In this document: one piece after another, positions 27,861 to 39,626 of the stretch
Layout: every line of letters begins with the position of its first letter
How positions within the stretch are numbered: the stretch's first letter is position 1
Origin: Selaginella moellendorffii
Lineage: Eukaryota; Plantae; Lycopodiophyta
Length of the DNA stretch: 64,000 bases
Assembly: GCF_000143415.4 (NCBI RefSeq)
Contig: NW_003314265.1
Coordinates: 2,869,181 to 2,933,180 of the forward strand
Reading direction: 5' to 3'
Notes under the pieces: model-generated
Told to the model about the DNA's origin: nothing
What the model saw: only the letters and a program-made list of their open reading frames with translations
The model's database searches: none
Program-made: the position numbers and the translations under genes

Positions 27861-29049
27861 TGTAAAAGAATATATTTTGAATATCCAGCCTAAGTTATTC
27901 CTTAATTTAATGGCTGTGATTTTCTCCTTTTATAATTCAAACCACATTCTGAATATATTTTAAGGCACATGAATTGGTTAATTAAGAGTTCATCCTCACC
28001 ATCAAGCTGATAGACACATGCTCTAGATGTGTGAGCAACTTTAAAATCTTAGCTTTCTCCTTCCAACTAGTGTGATGGGAAAATCAATAATTATACTTAG
28101 ACTTTGACCTTTACTTTATAGTTCTTTGCTTGACACTCAATCTTTGGAGAGCACTTTCTACACACTAGGCAAAGAATTAGTAACTTCTACCATGAAGGCA
28201 CTTCCATCCATAAGCATTACATAAACCTTTATTTTGGTATCTAATAGACATGGTTATTTTAAAATTCCATCATCATAATGTATGTGTCATGCAAGATCAT
28301 CATGATCTATGAGACAACATTATAGTTTTATAGTTGTCATATGTGCTTTAACACCTTTTATACAAGCCAATATAGCCCAACTGGATTTTACTAAATTAAT
28401 TGAAGAATATTTCAAATAGCTTTTGGATGGTTATAAAAAAAGGAAAATCAACTAATTTTCAGTAAAATTTTTTTAAAATTTTATAACTAGTTTTATTTTG
28501 AAAATAAATGTAAATATCACAAAACTAGTTTACAAATGTTTTTATATAAACTGTTATGAGGTAGTTTTAAGGGTAATTCAACTATTTTTGTTTTATCACT
28601 TGCGTACTTTGTAATCATCCTTATATATTTAAAAGAGAAAAGGCTTTATATTCCAATTTAAATTCCTTTTCTTCTAGATGGTTTAGATGAGGCTATGTGT
28701 AAAAATTAAATATGTTAGTTTGAATCAATTTTAAGTTTTTTTGGAGAGAAAAATTAGAGTAGCAATTTTATTTGCTAGGATATTGGATGCTAAATTTTAT
28801 TATGATTATAATTCCTTAAGTGTTTACATACATTTTTGTGAAAGATAGTAATACTAAAGCATTTTAAATGCAAATGTTATAAAATTTTGTGTCTTCTTTT
28901 TTATAAAATTACTTCATACCCTACAGTAAATCAGTAAAAATAAGCATTGCAATGTGTTTTTAAAGGTAAGAAAGTTTTTCCTAATTTTCTCAAATACTAA
29001 TGTTACATCATTTTTCGTATTATGATTATATGTTAAAGATAATAATAAG

Positions 29050-32000
29050 TAAAGGTAAACTCAACTCCATTAGTAGTATCAGATCATAATCATATAGGAA
29101 TTTATATGGTGAAGCACTAATAAAACTTTGCACCCCTATAATATATGCATACTGAAAAAATGGTAAATAACCATCTTAATTTGAATGTTGAAAGTTCACG
29201 TACTTCACAATCATTTCTTTGAAAGTGGAGTGAGACATTCCACCAAACCATCTAACATAGATAATAAGTACTTGTGAAAATGTGATATATCCCCAATTGA
29301 GACATTAAAATATGAAATGCTTTAACTATAAATGCGAGACCATTATCTAAAAGAATTCACTCCGAATAGAAATGTTAGAACACCACTTGATTAAGGAGGA
29401 AATATCCAATACCAATTGCAAACACACTAGCAAAAGCATTGAATTCCACCCAAAAAGTCAAGTAGTCAAAAACAATAATGACATACTCATGGCACCAATT
29501 GCAACTACGTATATATTAGATAATGTCACATCACATCTTTGACCAATAGAAAAATCTATGCAGTTTATTAGTCACATGATAATGTTCCATATGCCTACCT
29601 AGAATAGGAGAATTATGGTAAGTATAGAGAAAGTGTAGAATAAAAATCGAAAGCACCACCAATCGTAAATGATCATCATGATCTATCTCTACAAAATAAA
29701 GAAGATTATCCTCAAGGTAATATTAAGAATGTAAATGCCAAAATAACAAGTCATTAGCAAGTGATGTAAGATTTTTAAACCCATTGGGAAATATTCAAAT
29801 CCACAGCTCAACCTTTTGAGCCTCACGAACCTCGTCAAGAGAAAATAAATTTTGCTCCTTGTAGATATTGAATATCAAAGATAACAACTGTCAATAGCAC
29901 AAAATTGTCATCCAAAAAATCCATAGATACTAGAACAACATGTTCATTAGAAATATAAAAAGAAAGTGAAAAAGGAAAAGGAGCTCGAGAAAGAGTGTTA
30001 GCATTAACTGTAGAACTCCCCGAATGATAACTAACATTAAAATTATATATCTGAAGCTTCAAAGCCCATCGAATAGTACAATTAACAAAGTTCTTCCACT
30101 TCAATAATGAAGTAACCATAATATAATCACCTTCTAGTAATATTTGAAAACCATATAGATATACATGAAGTTTTTCGAAACCCCAAACTACTCCTTTTTT
30201 ATCGTGGATTTATCTCCATTGGTTGTAATGTACGGCTAATGTATGGGATGACACTAATCAGGCACACTCGGTTTCGTTTGCATTAGCACATTTGTAAAAC
30301 TGATATTAGAAGTATTCACGTGTAAAATGAAAAGTCGAATGTAGTTAGGATATGCTAAAACTAGAGGAGTCATGAATAACTTTTTTAGATCTGTAAAAAT
30401 CTACTCATAATTCTCGGACCAAATGAAAAACAACCTTAATAACTTTAACAATGCTCGCAATAGTGCAGTACAATCAAAAAAATGATTAACAAAATAGTTG
30501 AGATATTGCATCTTGCCTAAGAAGCATTGTATATTATTCACACATTTTGGAGTAAAGAACTTGAGAACAACCATAAGTTTATCAGGATCAATTTGCAAAT
30601 TTTCACGAAAAATACGGTATCCAAGATAAGTGGTGTCTTTAGACCTAAACACACTTTAATTACTTTAGCTTTAAACTAACTTTCTGTAATCGATCCAACA
30701 CTTTATGAATATCACAAACATTTTCCTCCCATTTCCCCTCCAACTGGATCAAAACATTCGATGAAATCAATAATCACCTTTGGCATATCACAAAGAAATT
30801 TATCTATTATTTGCATTAGAGCATTGCTTAAATCAAACGGTATCACCAAAACTCCTATAGGAACCTTGATTGAACAAACATCTATAATTTGAATAGGATG
30901 ATCTGTTGCAATCTTGGCCCTAAATAACATGTTAAATTCAAAGAGATTAACATACTCTTTTATGAGTTAGTTAACCACTACAATACAAAGACCGTTGGAG
31001 AGATTTAAAGAGGGAATAAAGGAACAAAATAGAAACATAGAAAGAAATAAAAGGGAGACAAAATGATGGAACTAAAGGTAAAAGCAAAGGGATAAAGAAG
31101 AACAAAAGTGAGAGGAATGGAAAAAAGATAATAAAGTATGAGACAAAGGGGAAAAGCCTTAAAGTTATATTTGGCATGATTGCATTATAATAAATTCATA
31201 TCAAAAATGAGGTCAAAAACTTGATTTAACACCACTTGCAATGAGTGTAACTCAAACTTCAGATTGCCCACATACACAACTAAATGTACCTGATCCCATG
31301 TAGATGCGTGTGTATGGCTATTATTATAAAGAATGAAAATTGGCTTTATAGCATGATGCAAATGTAGATGGCAATATGTGGCAATAAGCTAAGCAATAGA
31401 AAATAAACTCAAGTATGTATCAATTAACATGAAGAGAATAATATGAGATCTTTTGTTATAAAAACAAATTTGGAAAGTAAACACTAGATAAATTGGTGTC
31501 GAGTGAACTTTGTGATGATACTCCTGAAAGAAAGATGGAGGGGTCACTAACTTATTTGCACAAAGACCCTCCACTACTCACAGGACTCTTTATTTCTCAA
31601 AAAAATCTCAATGTCCAAATCTTCAACTGTAGTAGCATCAATAAGACATTGTTGACGCTAAAGTCGCCACCCAAGAAATGGTCACTTATCTAGAAAATGT
31701 TAATAACGCTAATAAATGTGACTAACTTCATCATATGTCTAACAGCAAACATCATGGCCATGACCACATCCTTGTTTTTGTCTTTGAACTTGGGCAGCAA
31801 CAGCATCAACTTCCATGAAAGCAAGACCATCTTTTATAGAAAGTGAAATTAAAGGTGTGGCAAACACTTCTTCATGATCTTATAGGATTTATGTATACAC
31901 TTTCTTTAGCCACTTTGTTGATGCTCTTCCCTTTGGCATAATGTTATAAAACGTTACCTCTTCCACTTTTCATTACATGTACATTCTTAATTTGATTTGC

Positions 32001-32710
32001 TTTGACATATTTGCCTTTGCACGAAACAAAGGGTTTCAGAAGCGAATGCCAAATTGCATCACTAACTTAAATGGCCCATAATGAAAATGATGCAATTGTT
32101 AGAAAATCACAACCATTGGTATGTTCAAATATGCATTTGAAGACATATAAGAGAATGCTTAAACCATTGTACAATTGCAGTGCCATCCCTTAAAAACACA
32201 TGGGAAACTCAAGTAAATGCCAAGTATCATCCCAAAAATGATATGTGGCAATCATTGTAAAGTGATTGAACTAATGATATATATCATCTCCATGATTTCT
32301 ATGGAAGAACTCTAACTGGACATGAAGATTGGCAGCAAAAGTAGAAGGAATTATACCACGTGTCATGAATATTGCCATTAATTGAGTTTAATTGTTCAAT
32401 TGAGCAATTGCATTAATTGTTACTTTAGAATCAAAGGAGGAAAAGTCTACTACTCTACTATGAAGATGAATAAAAAGGAAAAAAAGGAAACAAAAAGAAA
32501 TTAAAAAATCTATAAGGAAAGGGAAATTTAGACAATGTAAAAGCTAAATTTAAATTAAAATCCCAAATCTAAGCACTCTTCAAAAACAATTAAAACTACC
32601 CCTCATCTCCACCAATGCGAGTGTATGAAATATGGAAATAGAATGCAGAAATATACATATCAATTAGCCCAAAAACCATAGTTTATATAAGAGTGAGTGC
32701 CAATGGCTAA
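29050..32710 (-). mobile_element. Second, more decayed and 3'-truncated copy of the same gypsy family; partial 5' LTR from 32616, PBS 32597-32614
   Basis: Colinear with ~9560-13790; internal deletions, no 3' LTR, many C>T/G>A differences. Confidence 0.92.
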
Positions 32711-32999
32711 TAAATTTTTAATCTATTGATTGTAGAATAAAATTATATTTATTAATCTCATTAAAAAGTTCAATTTCACTGTGTATCACGATAATAAAAA
32801 ACATTCTAAAAATAAATAGTTGCAGGTTAAAGAAATTATAAAAAATTATGACTATTGTAAAAAACCTAAACTTCCATTATCCATGACGCCATTGGCATAC
32901 AACCTCAGCCCTCTCTAGATTTCCAGATTTCTCCATTCTTTAGCGCTCACTTACAAGAGAGACTAGTGTTTTGAATCCCAACCCTGAAGGTTTCTCATT

Positions 33000-33085
33000 C
33001 GGTTCATTCTTGGCGCGGGAGTGACTCGGGAATACTCTCCACCAAGTTCAACTCCCACAAGGAGAACTTTTGGCACACATACACG
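33000..33085 (+). pseudogene. RBOH last-exon remnant, tail-to-tail with intact APC11
   Basis: attcttggcgcgggag..gaatactc..ccaccaagttcaactcccacaaggagaacttttggcacacatac matches the RBOH end ccaccaagttcgacttccataaggagaacttttgatacacatac. Confidence 0.85.
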
Positions 33086-33119
33086 CAAACAACACACAGA
33101 CGTCATGTTTATTCGTCTC

Positions 33120-33840
33120 TCATGCTCTATACTTCCACTCCCTGCGACACATAGGACACTGTGGTCGGGGGCTCTGCGAGTTCACCCACTTGAGAATACA
33201 ATGGAGGTGGAACGCGTGATTGCAAGCTCCCCAAACTGTAGATCACAACCGAGAAAACACACAGGTAGTCAGTAGCAAACGATAACAATCAAAGACTACA
33301 AAGGAAACAGGAAAGCCAAACTAACAAACTTGACTCTGTCCAGTGAAGAGATCTCTCGCAGCTGCATGCTTAGAAGCTGCGGAAAAATCGATCGTTTTCA
33401 CTGCGAAGATCGCTCTAGCACTAGAAAACCTTCTCGGGTCTTCCCTCGACGAGAGAGCTCGCTCGAAGAGAGGGCCGAAGTGTGCGTATCTCAAGCCAGA
33501 CGAAACGAAAACAGAGAATACAGACACCAGAGGAAAAAAAAAACCACTTACTGAGAGGGCAATCGTCGCCGGGCATCTTGCAATCCGGGCAGCATCCATC
33601 AAACGCCATTCGGCAAATCCCACAGGCGTCGTCGTGCGCGTCCCATGTCCAAGAAGCCACAGCGTGCCATCTACAAAAACGAGTCTCGTAGAGAAGAAAG
33701 AAAAAAAAAAGAAAAGAGAAACTTACTCTAAGATTTACAATGCCGAGCCGATCGCGAGAGCCAGCAGTTAAGGAGATCACAACAAGGAAGAAAAAAAATG
33801 CAATAGATCGAGCAAGGATACTCAGCACCTTCACCTTCAT
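33120..33840 (-). CDS. APC11: Anaphase-promoting complex subunit 11 (RING-H2); exons 33840-33822, 33727 (1 nt), 33670-33552, 33235-33120
   Basis: Spliced product MKVKVLKWHAVASWTWDAHDDACGICRMAFDGCCPDCKMPGDDCPLIWGACNHAFHLHCILKWVNSQSPRPQCPMCRREWKYRA*. Confidence 0.95.
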
Positions 33841-33904
33841 CGCGCGCACAAGAACCCTAAAACCCTTCCACGAAAGTAACGTTTTAGGGCTAAAGGAGAG
33901 GGGG
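33841..33904. promoter_or_regulatory. 64-bp divergent spacer with an inverted pair of telo-box-like motifs
   Basis: ccctaaaac (33855-33863) and its exact reverse complement gttttaggg (33881-33889) lie between two divergent ATGs. Confidence 0.6.
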
Positions 33905-36900
33905 ATGAGCTATGCCGCGATCAAGCTGGTTCACGGGCCGACCGGTGTCAGCGCTTGCGCCAGCGCGTTCATCACGCACTCGCCAGTGAATCCGGCGTCG
34001 TCGTCAGGATGGAAATCGGGCAATGCGAAGGACTCCCTCCCCAATCTTGTTCTCGTCAAGGCCAATGTGCTGGAAATCTACAATGTGCGCTTCCAGGAGG
34101 GGGACGAGAAGAGCGCGAGAGGGGGCGAGCAGCTGGTTGGATCGGCCTGCGTTGCGTTCCCGGCGTCGGCAAAGAGGGGAGGATTCATGTCAGGGATTAC
34201 AGCAGCTTGGCTCGAGCTTGTTTGCCAATACCGGTGAGAAAAAAAAAAATTGTTCATGGCTGCTATGGCTGAGGCATTGTGATCGTCAGGCTTTTCGGGA
34301 TTGTAGACAGCATGGCTATTCTCCATCGTGGTCGAGACGGCGGTCGTCACCGAGATGCTATCATTCTCGCATTCCCGGCTGCTAAGTTTTCTGTGTTGTT
34401 CTTCGATGATGCAACCCAGCAGCTCAAGACGAGGTAAGTTTCCTATAGCTCAGCTCTTGTAAGGTGTTTGATCTTCGCGTGTGTGTCCAGCTCGATGCAT
34501 TATTTTGAAGGACCGGAATGGATACACTTGAAACGAGGACGCGAAAAATTCCCTGGTGGTCCTCTAGTCCGAGCAGATTCTCAGGGCAGATGCGCTGGAG
34601 TTCTTATTTACAAATGCCAGTTGGTGATGATGAAAGCTGCTCAGGTTTGCTCGTTTGTGTTGCATATTTCGCTGGATGTTTTGATATGATCGTGAAAAAC
34701 CACTGACAGGAGGCATATGGGCTTGTCGAGGAAGACGATCCATCTGGGAACATCGTCAGTGCGCGCATTGAGTCATCGTATGTAGTAAACCTGCAAGAAT
34801 TGGGAATGATGCACGTTAAGGACTTCGTCTTTCTCTACGGTAAGCAACGAGAAACTTGGTGCATGCTGATCTGGAGCTCGTCCATCCGCAGGATATATTG
34901 AACCAGTTGTAGCCATTCTTCATGAAAGAGAGCTAACATGGGCTGGCCGTGTCACATTTCGACGAGATACTTGTTGTGTAACAGCGCTGAGCATAAACAC
35001 CAACACCAAGAAGCATCCCAGGCTATGGTTTCAAACAGTGAGTTTTCGTGATATTGTGCTTTTTCTCCCGAGTAAAACCAATCCTCACACAGGGTCTACC
35101 TTACGACGCATACAGCCTTTTAGCGGTGCCTTCACCAATTGGAGGGGTGCTAGTTCTTTGTGCGAACAGCATTCTTTACTATAGCCAGGTGAATGTATTA
35201 ACTTTTAGGCGATGGGTGCTCATACAGCTTTGGACAGGTCTCTACATGCATCGTTGCAGTTAACGAGCTTGCCACTCCACCTGCTGGAAGGTAAACGTCT
35301 GCTTGAATGTCACGTATGATTCAATGTTGATCTATTCAGCTTGGAGATGCCAAGGTCCAAGTTTTCTATCGAGCTTGATGCTGCTCATGCAACTTGGCTC
35401 TCATACGATGCCGCTCTTTTGTCAACAAAGACAGGAATGCTTGTTCATCTGCACTTGATATTCGATGGCAGGTACTGTCAATGAGCACCAAACCTTGTAA
35501 AATCCTATATTTTTTTGTTTTAGGAATGTGCAGAGGCTTGAGCTCTCAAAATCGAAGGGGTCTGTATTGTCCTCGGTATTGTTTGTTTTTCTTTTCTTTT
35601 CTCTTCAAAACTATGGACTTACTCTTCTTTTCATGTAGAGTTTGTGCACCATTGGGGACAAGTTCTTTTTTGTCGGAAGTCGGCTAGGCGACAGCCTTCT
35701 TGTACAGTTTGGTAGCGCATCAACCTCTAACTCACTTGAACACAGCTATGATGGAGAAGACGTATGTTTGAATTGTAATATCATTTGATTGATACTGATG
35801 TTTCATCTGTAGTACGACGAAATGGACGAGGATATAATGGTGCGACCTTCAAAGCGAATGCGTCTTGATGACGATGCCAGTGAACAATCTTTGTATCAGT
35901 ATAAGTCGGGGGTTTCAGATTCACAAAAGGTGATCTGTCTTTCTGATGTGCTGTATCTGAATGTTTCGCTCTTTCTGCAGAACATGAACTTCTTATTTTC
36001 CGTGCGGGACTCCTTATGCAATATAGGACCTATCAGAGATATCACTTGCAGATCTCAGAATCCATCGGAACAACCTGGTAGCGCACAAGACCTGGTTCGT
36101 TTATTGTTTTTCAAAATTTTGTCTATAATAGTAATTTTTTGTAGATTGCTTGCTGTGGCCATGGAAAAAATGGCTCGCTTAACATAATCAGTCGCTCGAT
36201 ACGACCAGATTTCATCACTCAGGCAAATATGTCACTCCTGTTCTTTGCAGTTGCTTATGCTTTGTTTTTTCAGGTTAAACTTCCCGGATGCGTAGGCGTG
36301 TGGACAGTTTATCACAGATCTGGTCAAATCCCTGCAGAAAAGGATGAATACCACGCTTATCTGATTATTAGCCTAGAATCTCGCACAATGGTCAGTGGTT
36401 TATGTTTGTTACGTTGTACACAATAAGTAGTTCGGTAAAACTTCTACAGGTTCTAGAGACCGGCGAGACGCTTGGAGAAGTTACGGACTCTGTAGAGTAT
36501 TACACTGAGGGCCCATCAATATCGGCTGGAAACCTGTTTGGAAGGTATGGGTTAGCCTCGACGTGTAAGTTCTGATCATTCTTTTGCAGGAGGAGAATTG
36601 CTCAAGTATATCAGAAGGGAGTCCGGATTTTGGATGGAGCCCGTCAAACTCAGGACTTGCAAGTAGGAGAACCAGGAAATGCTATTGAGTCTGCATCGTT
36701 TGCAGATCCGTATGTTCTCTTGCGAATGCAAGATGGGAGTTGTCAGCTTGTTGTGGGAGGTACGTTCAGCTTTACGTGTATCGAAGGTTTGCATGCTTAT
36801 TATTTCTCTGACAGACTCGGAAACTCTCACCGTATCTGTATCAACACCTCCAGAACTCGGACTTTCTCCCGATCCAATCAGCGCTTGTACACTCTACAAC

Positions 36901-39461
36901 GACAGAGGACCCAGTCCTTGGTTGCGAAGAGCCACTGGAGACGTGTGGCAAACACTGGGGGTTCCAGATGCAAACTTCGCTTTTGACCAGGGGGACATGT
37001 ACTGCATAGTTTGCCGAAATAGTGGTACTATGGAGTTTTTGGAGCTTCCGAGCATGGCCTGCTTATACAGAGTAGAGAGACTGCCATATGGAGTTCAGGT
37101 GCTGGCCGATAGTAGAACTGCTAGCAAGGTCCCCGTTGACACCTCTTCGAACAAAGATGAGGAAGGTGCCGAAGAGATACGGGAAAGAATGTCGAAGATC
37201 AAGGTGGTAGATATCTGCGTCGACACCTGGGGAGAGAAGTATGGCAGACCATTTGTGTTTGTGCTTCTAAGTGACGGAACTCTTCTCTCCTACCGAGCAT
37301 TCATCTACGAAGGACAAGACAGTGGTGCCCATGCCAGCGACGGTACAAGTTTCAGAAATCTGCGGTTCTTACGGTTACAGCTTGACTTGGAGCTCGGAGA
37401 GGAAGACAGCAATGCCGACGAAGTCCGATCCGTTCAGAAGATCATTCCTTTCAAGGATGTTGGTGGCCTCCAAGGATTGTTCCTCGCCGGTGGCAAGCCA
37501 ACGTGGTTGATGATCTTTCGTGAGCAAATACGTCTTCATCCACAGGTATGTCCTTCAGCTCTTTTCTGTGATTGATTTCTTTGCATTTTCCAGGCCAGTG
37601 ACGGACCGATTGTAGCGTTTACAAGCTTACACAATGTGAATTGTCAGCATGGACTTATCTACGTAACTAACGAGGTTAGTGCTCACATATAGTGCACGTA
37701 TCTGCTAAGCTCCGGTTTCCTGGTCTCTCCAGGCATCGCTAAAGATATGTCGACTCTCTAATATCTTGAACTACGATAATGACTGGCCAGTGCAAAAGGT
37801 AGATATGGTTGGTTGGTTGCTCCATTAGGTCCTGTTACCATTTCCTTGCTCAGATCCCGTTGAAAGGCACACCGCATCAAATGGCACACCATCCCGACCT
37901 TAACATCTACGTTCTCGTCTTGTCATTCTCGGTAAGAAGGTTTTTCCACTCCCTATAGATATGTGATGGTTTGTTGTCAGGTCTCAGTGCCAACATCTCT
38001 CGTGCTGCCATCGGCCGCAGATGGCCCGCCTGGCCATCAGATTGACCAGAGCGAGGCTTCTGATGGCCTGGATCCTCAAAAAATGGTCCAAGTTGATGAC
38101 TTTGAAGTTCGCCTTTTAGAACCAATGGCTCAGGGTGTGCCTTGGGAGACCAAAGATACAATCAAGTTCCAGCCCGCGGAAAATGTCTTGACGGTCCGCA
38201 TTGTTAGCATCAAGGTAAATAGTCTATCCATCTTTCGCGCTACTGATGGCTTCAAATTTCTGGCAGAATGCAGCAACGGAACAAGTAGAAAACCTACTGG
38301 CAATTGGAACCGGTTATCTGCAAGGAGAAGATGTTGCTTCTAGGGGACGTATTATCCTCGTCTCACTTGGAGAGGATCCTAGTGATCCAAAAGTCTGGGT
38401 AAGCTCTCGCTACTTTTAAAGTTGTGACTTGGATAACGATGCATTGTCACGTCAGGCTAAAGAACTCTATTCCAAGGAGCTGAAGGGTGCCATTTCCGCT
38501 TTGGCGGCATTGCAAGGCCACCTTCTCCTCGCTATAGGACCGAAAATCATTCTTCACACGTGGAATGGATCTGAGCTGATTGGGACAGCGTTTTTTGATG
38601 CTCCACTCTACGTTGTCAGCCTAAACATCGTAAGTAGCTAATTCCTCGTGTTTTAATCGTTTGTAACATTTTCCTTTTCATTGCAGGTGAAAAACTTCGT
38701 GCTGTTTGGCGACTTCCACAAGAGCATATATTTTCTTTGCTGGAAGGAAGAGGGAGCGCAACTAGTCCTACTAGCAAAGGACTTCGGCTCGTTGGACTGC
38801 TACGCAACCGAGTTTCTGATCGATGGGAGTACACTGAGCCTTCTCGTCTCGGACAGCCGAAAGAACATACAGGTGACTCGCTTGTAAAAATTTTATACAT
38901 TTTTCCTTTCTGTCCTCCTATGATTTGCAGGTGTTCTCCTACGCTCCCAAAAACGCGGAGAGCTGGAAGGGACAGAAGCTACTCCCCAGGGTGGAGTTCC
39001 ACCTGGGATCTCATGTCACCAAGTTCCTGAGGCTCCAAATGCTGCAGACGCCAGGTTCTTCCCGCACAAATCGATTCGCTCTCTGCTTTGGCACACTCGA
39101 CGGCGGCATTGGCTACATCACTCCGCTCGACGAGCTCACGTTCCGGAGGCTCCAGACGCTCCAGCGAAAGCTGGTGGACTTGGTGCCGCACGTAGCGGGG
39201 CTCAATCCAAAAGCGTACAGGCAATTCCAAGCAAACGGCGAGCACCACAAGCATGGCCCGGACAACACAGTCGATAGCGAACAGCTCAGAGAGTAAGAAG
39301 CTCCCGAAAAACTTTTAGTTTACTCACTCCTTTTTGTCTTTTCCAGATATGAATCACTGTCCCTCGACAAGCAAGTGGCCATAGCTCGTCAAATCGGCAC
39401 GACTAGGCAACAGATTTTTGCAAACTTGCGGGACATATCTCTCAGCACGAGCTTCTTTTGA
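33905..39461 (+). CDS. CPSF160: Cleavage and polyadenylation specificity factor 160 kDa subunit, many short introns
   Basis: MSYAAIKLVHGPTG, NLVLVKANVLEIY, SSMHYFEGPEW, VKDFVFLYGYIEP, GSRLGDSLLV, YLQGEDVASRGRI, GTLDGGIGYI, HVAGLNPKAYR. Confidence 0.95.
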
Positions 39462-39626
39462 TCGACTTTGGAGGACAAAATATCTTTCACAAGTGTAAGG
39501 AGCTCTCTTTTTTTTTTCACTTTTTGTTTAGCCCGGGTATACTAGAGAAGAGAGAAAACTTCTTTTGTAATATTGATTGTCACAGCTTTGTAAAATTGGA
39601 TTAGCTCTTGTTAGTTTCGTTTACCT

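Noticed and set aside
8900-32710. The two gypsy copies as part of the inverted duplication
   Set aside because: Both are on the minus strand with unrelated flanks, so independent insertions are more likely.
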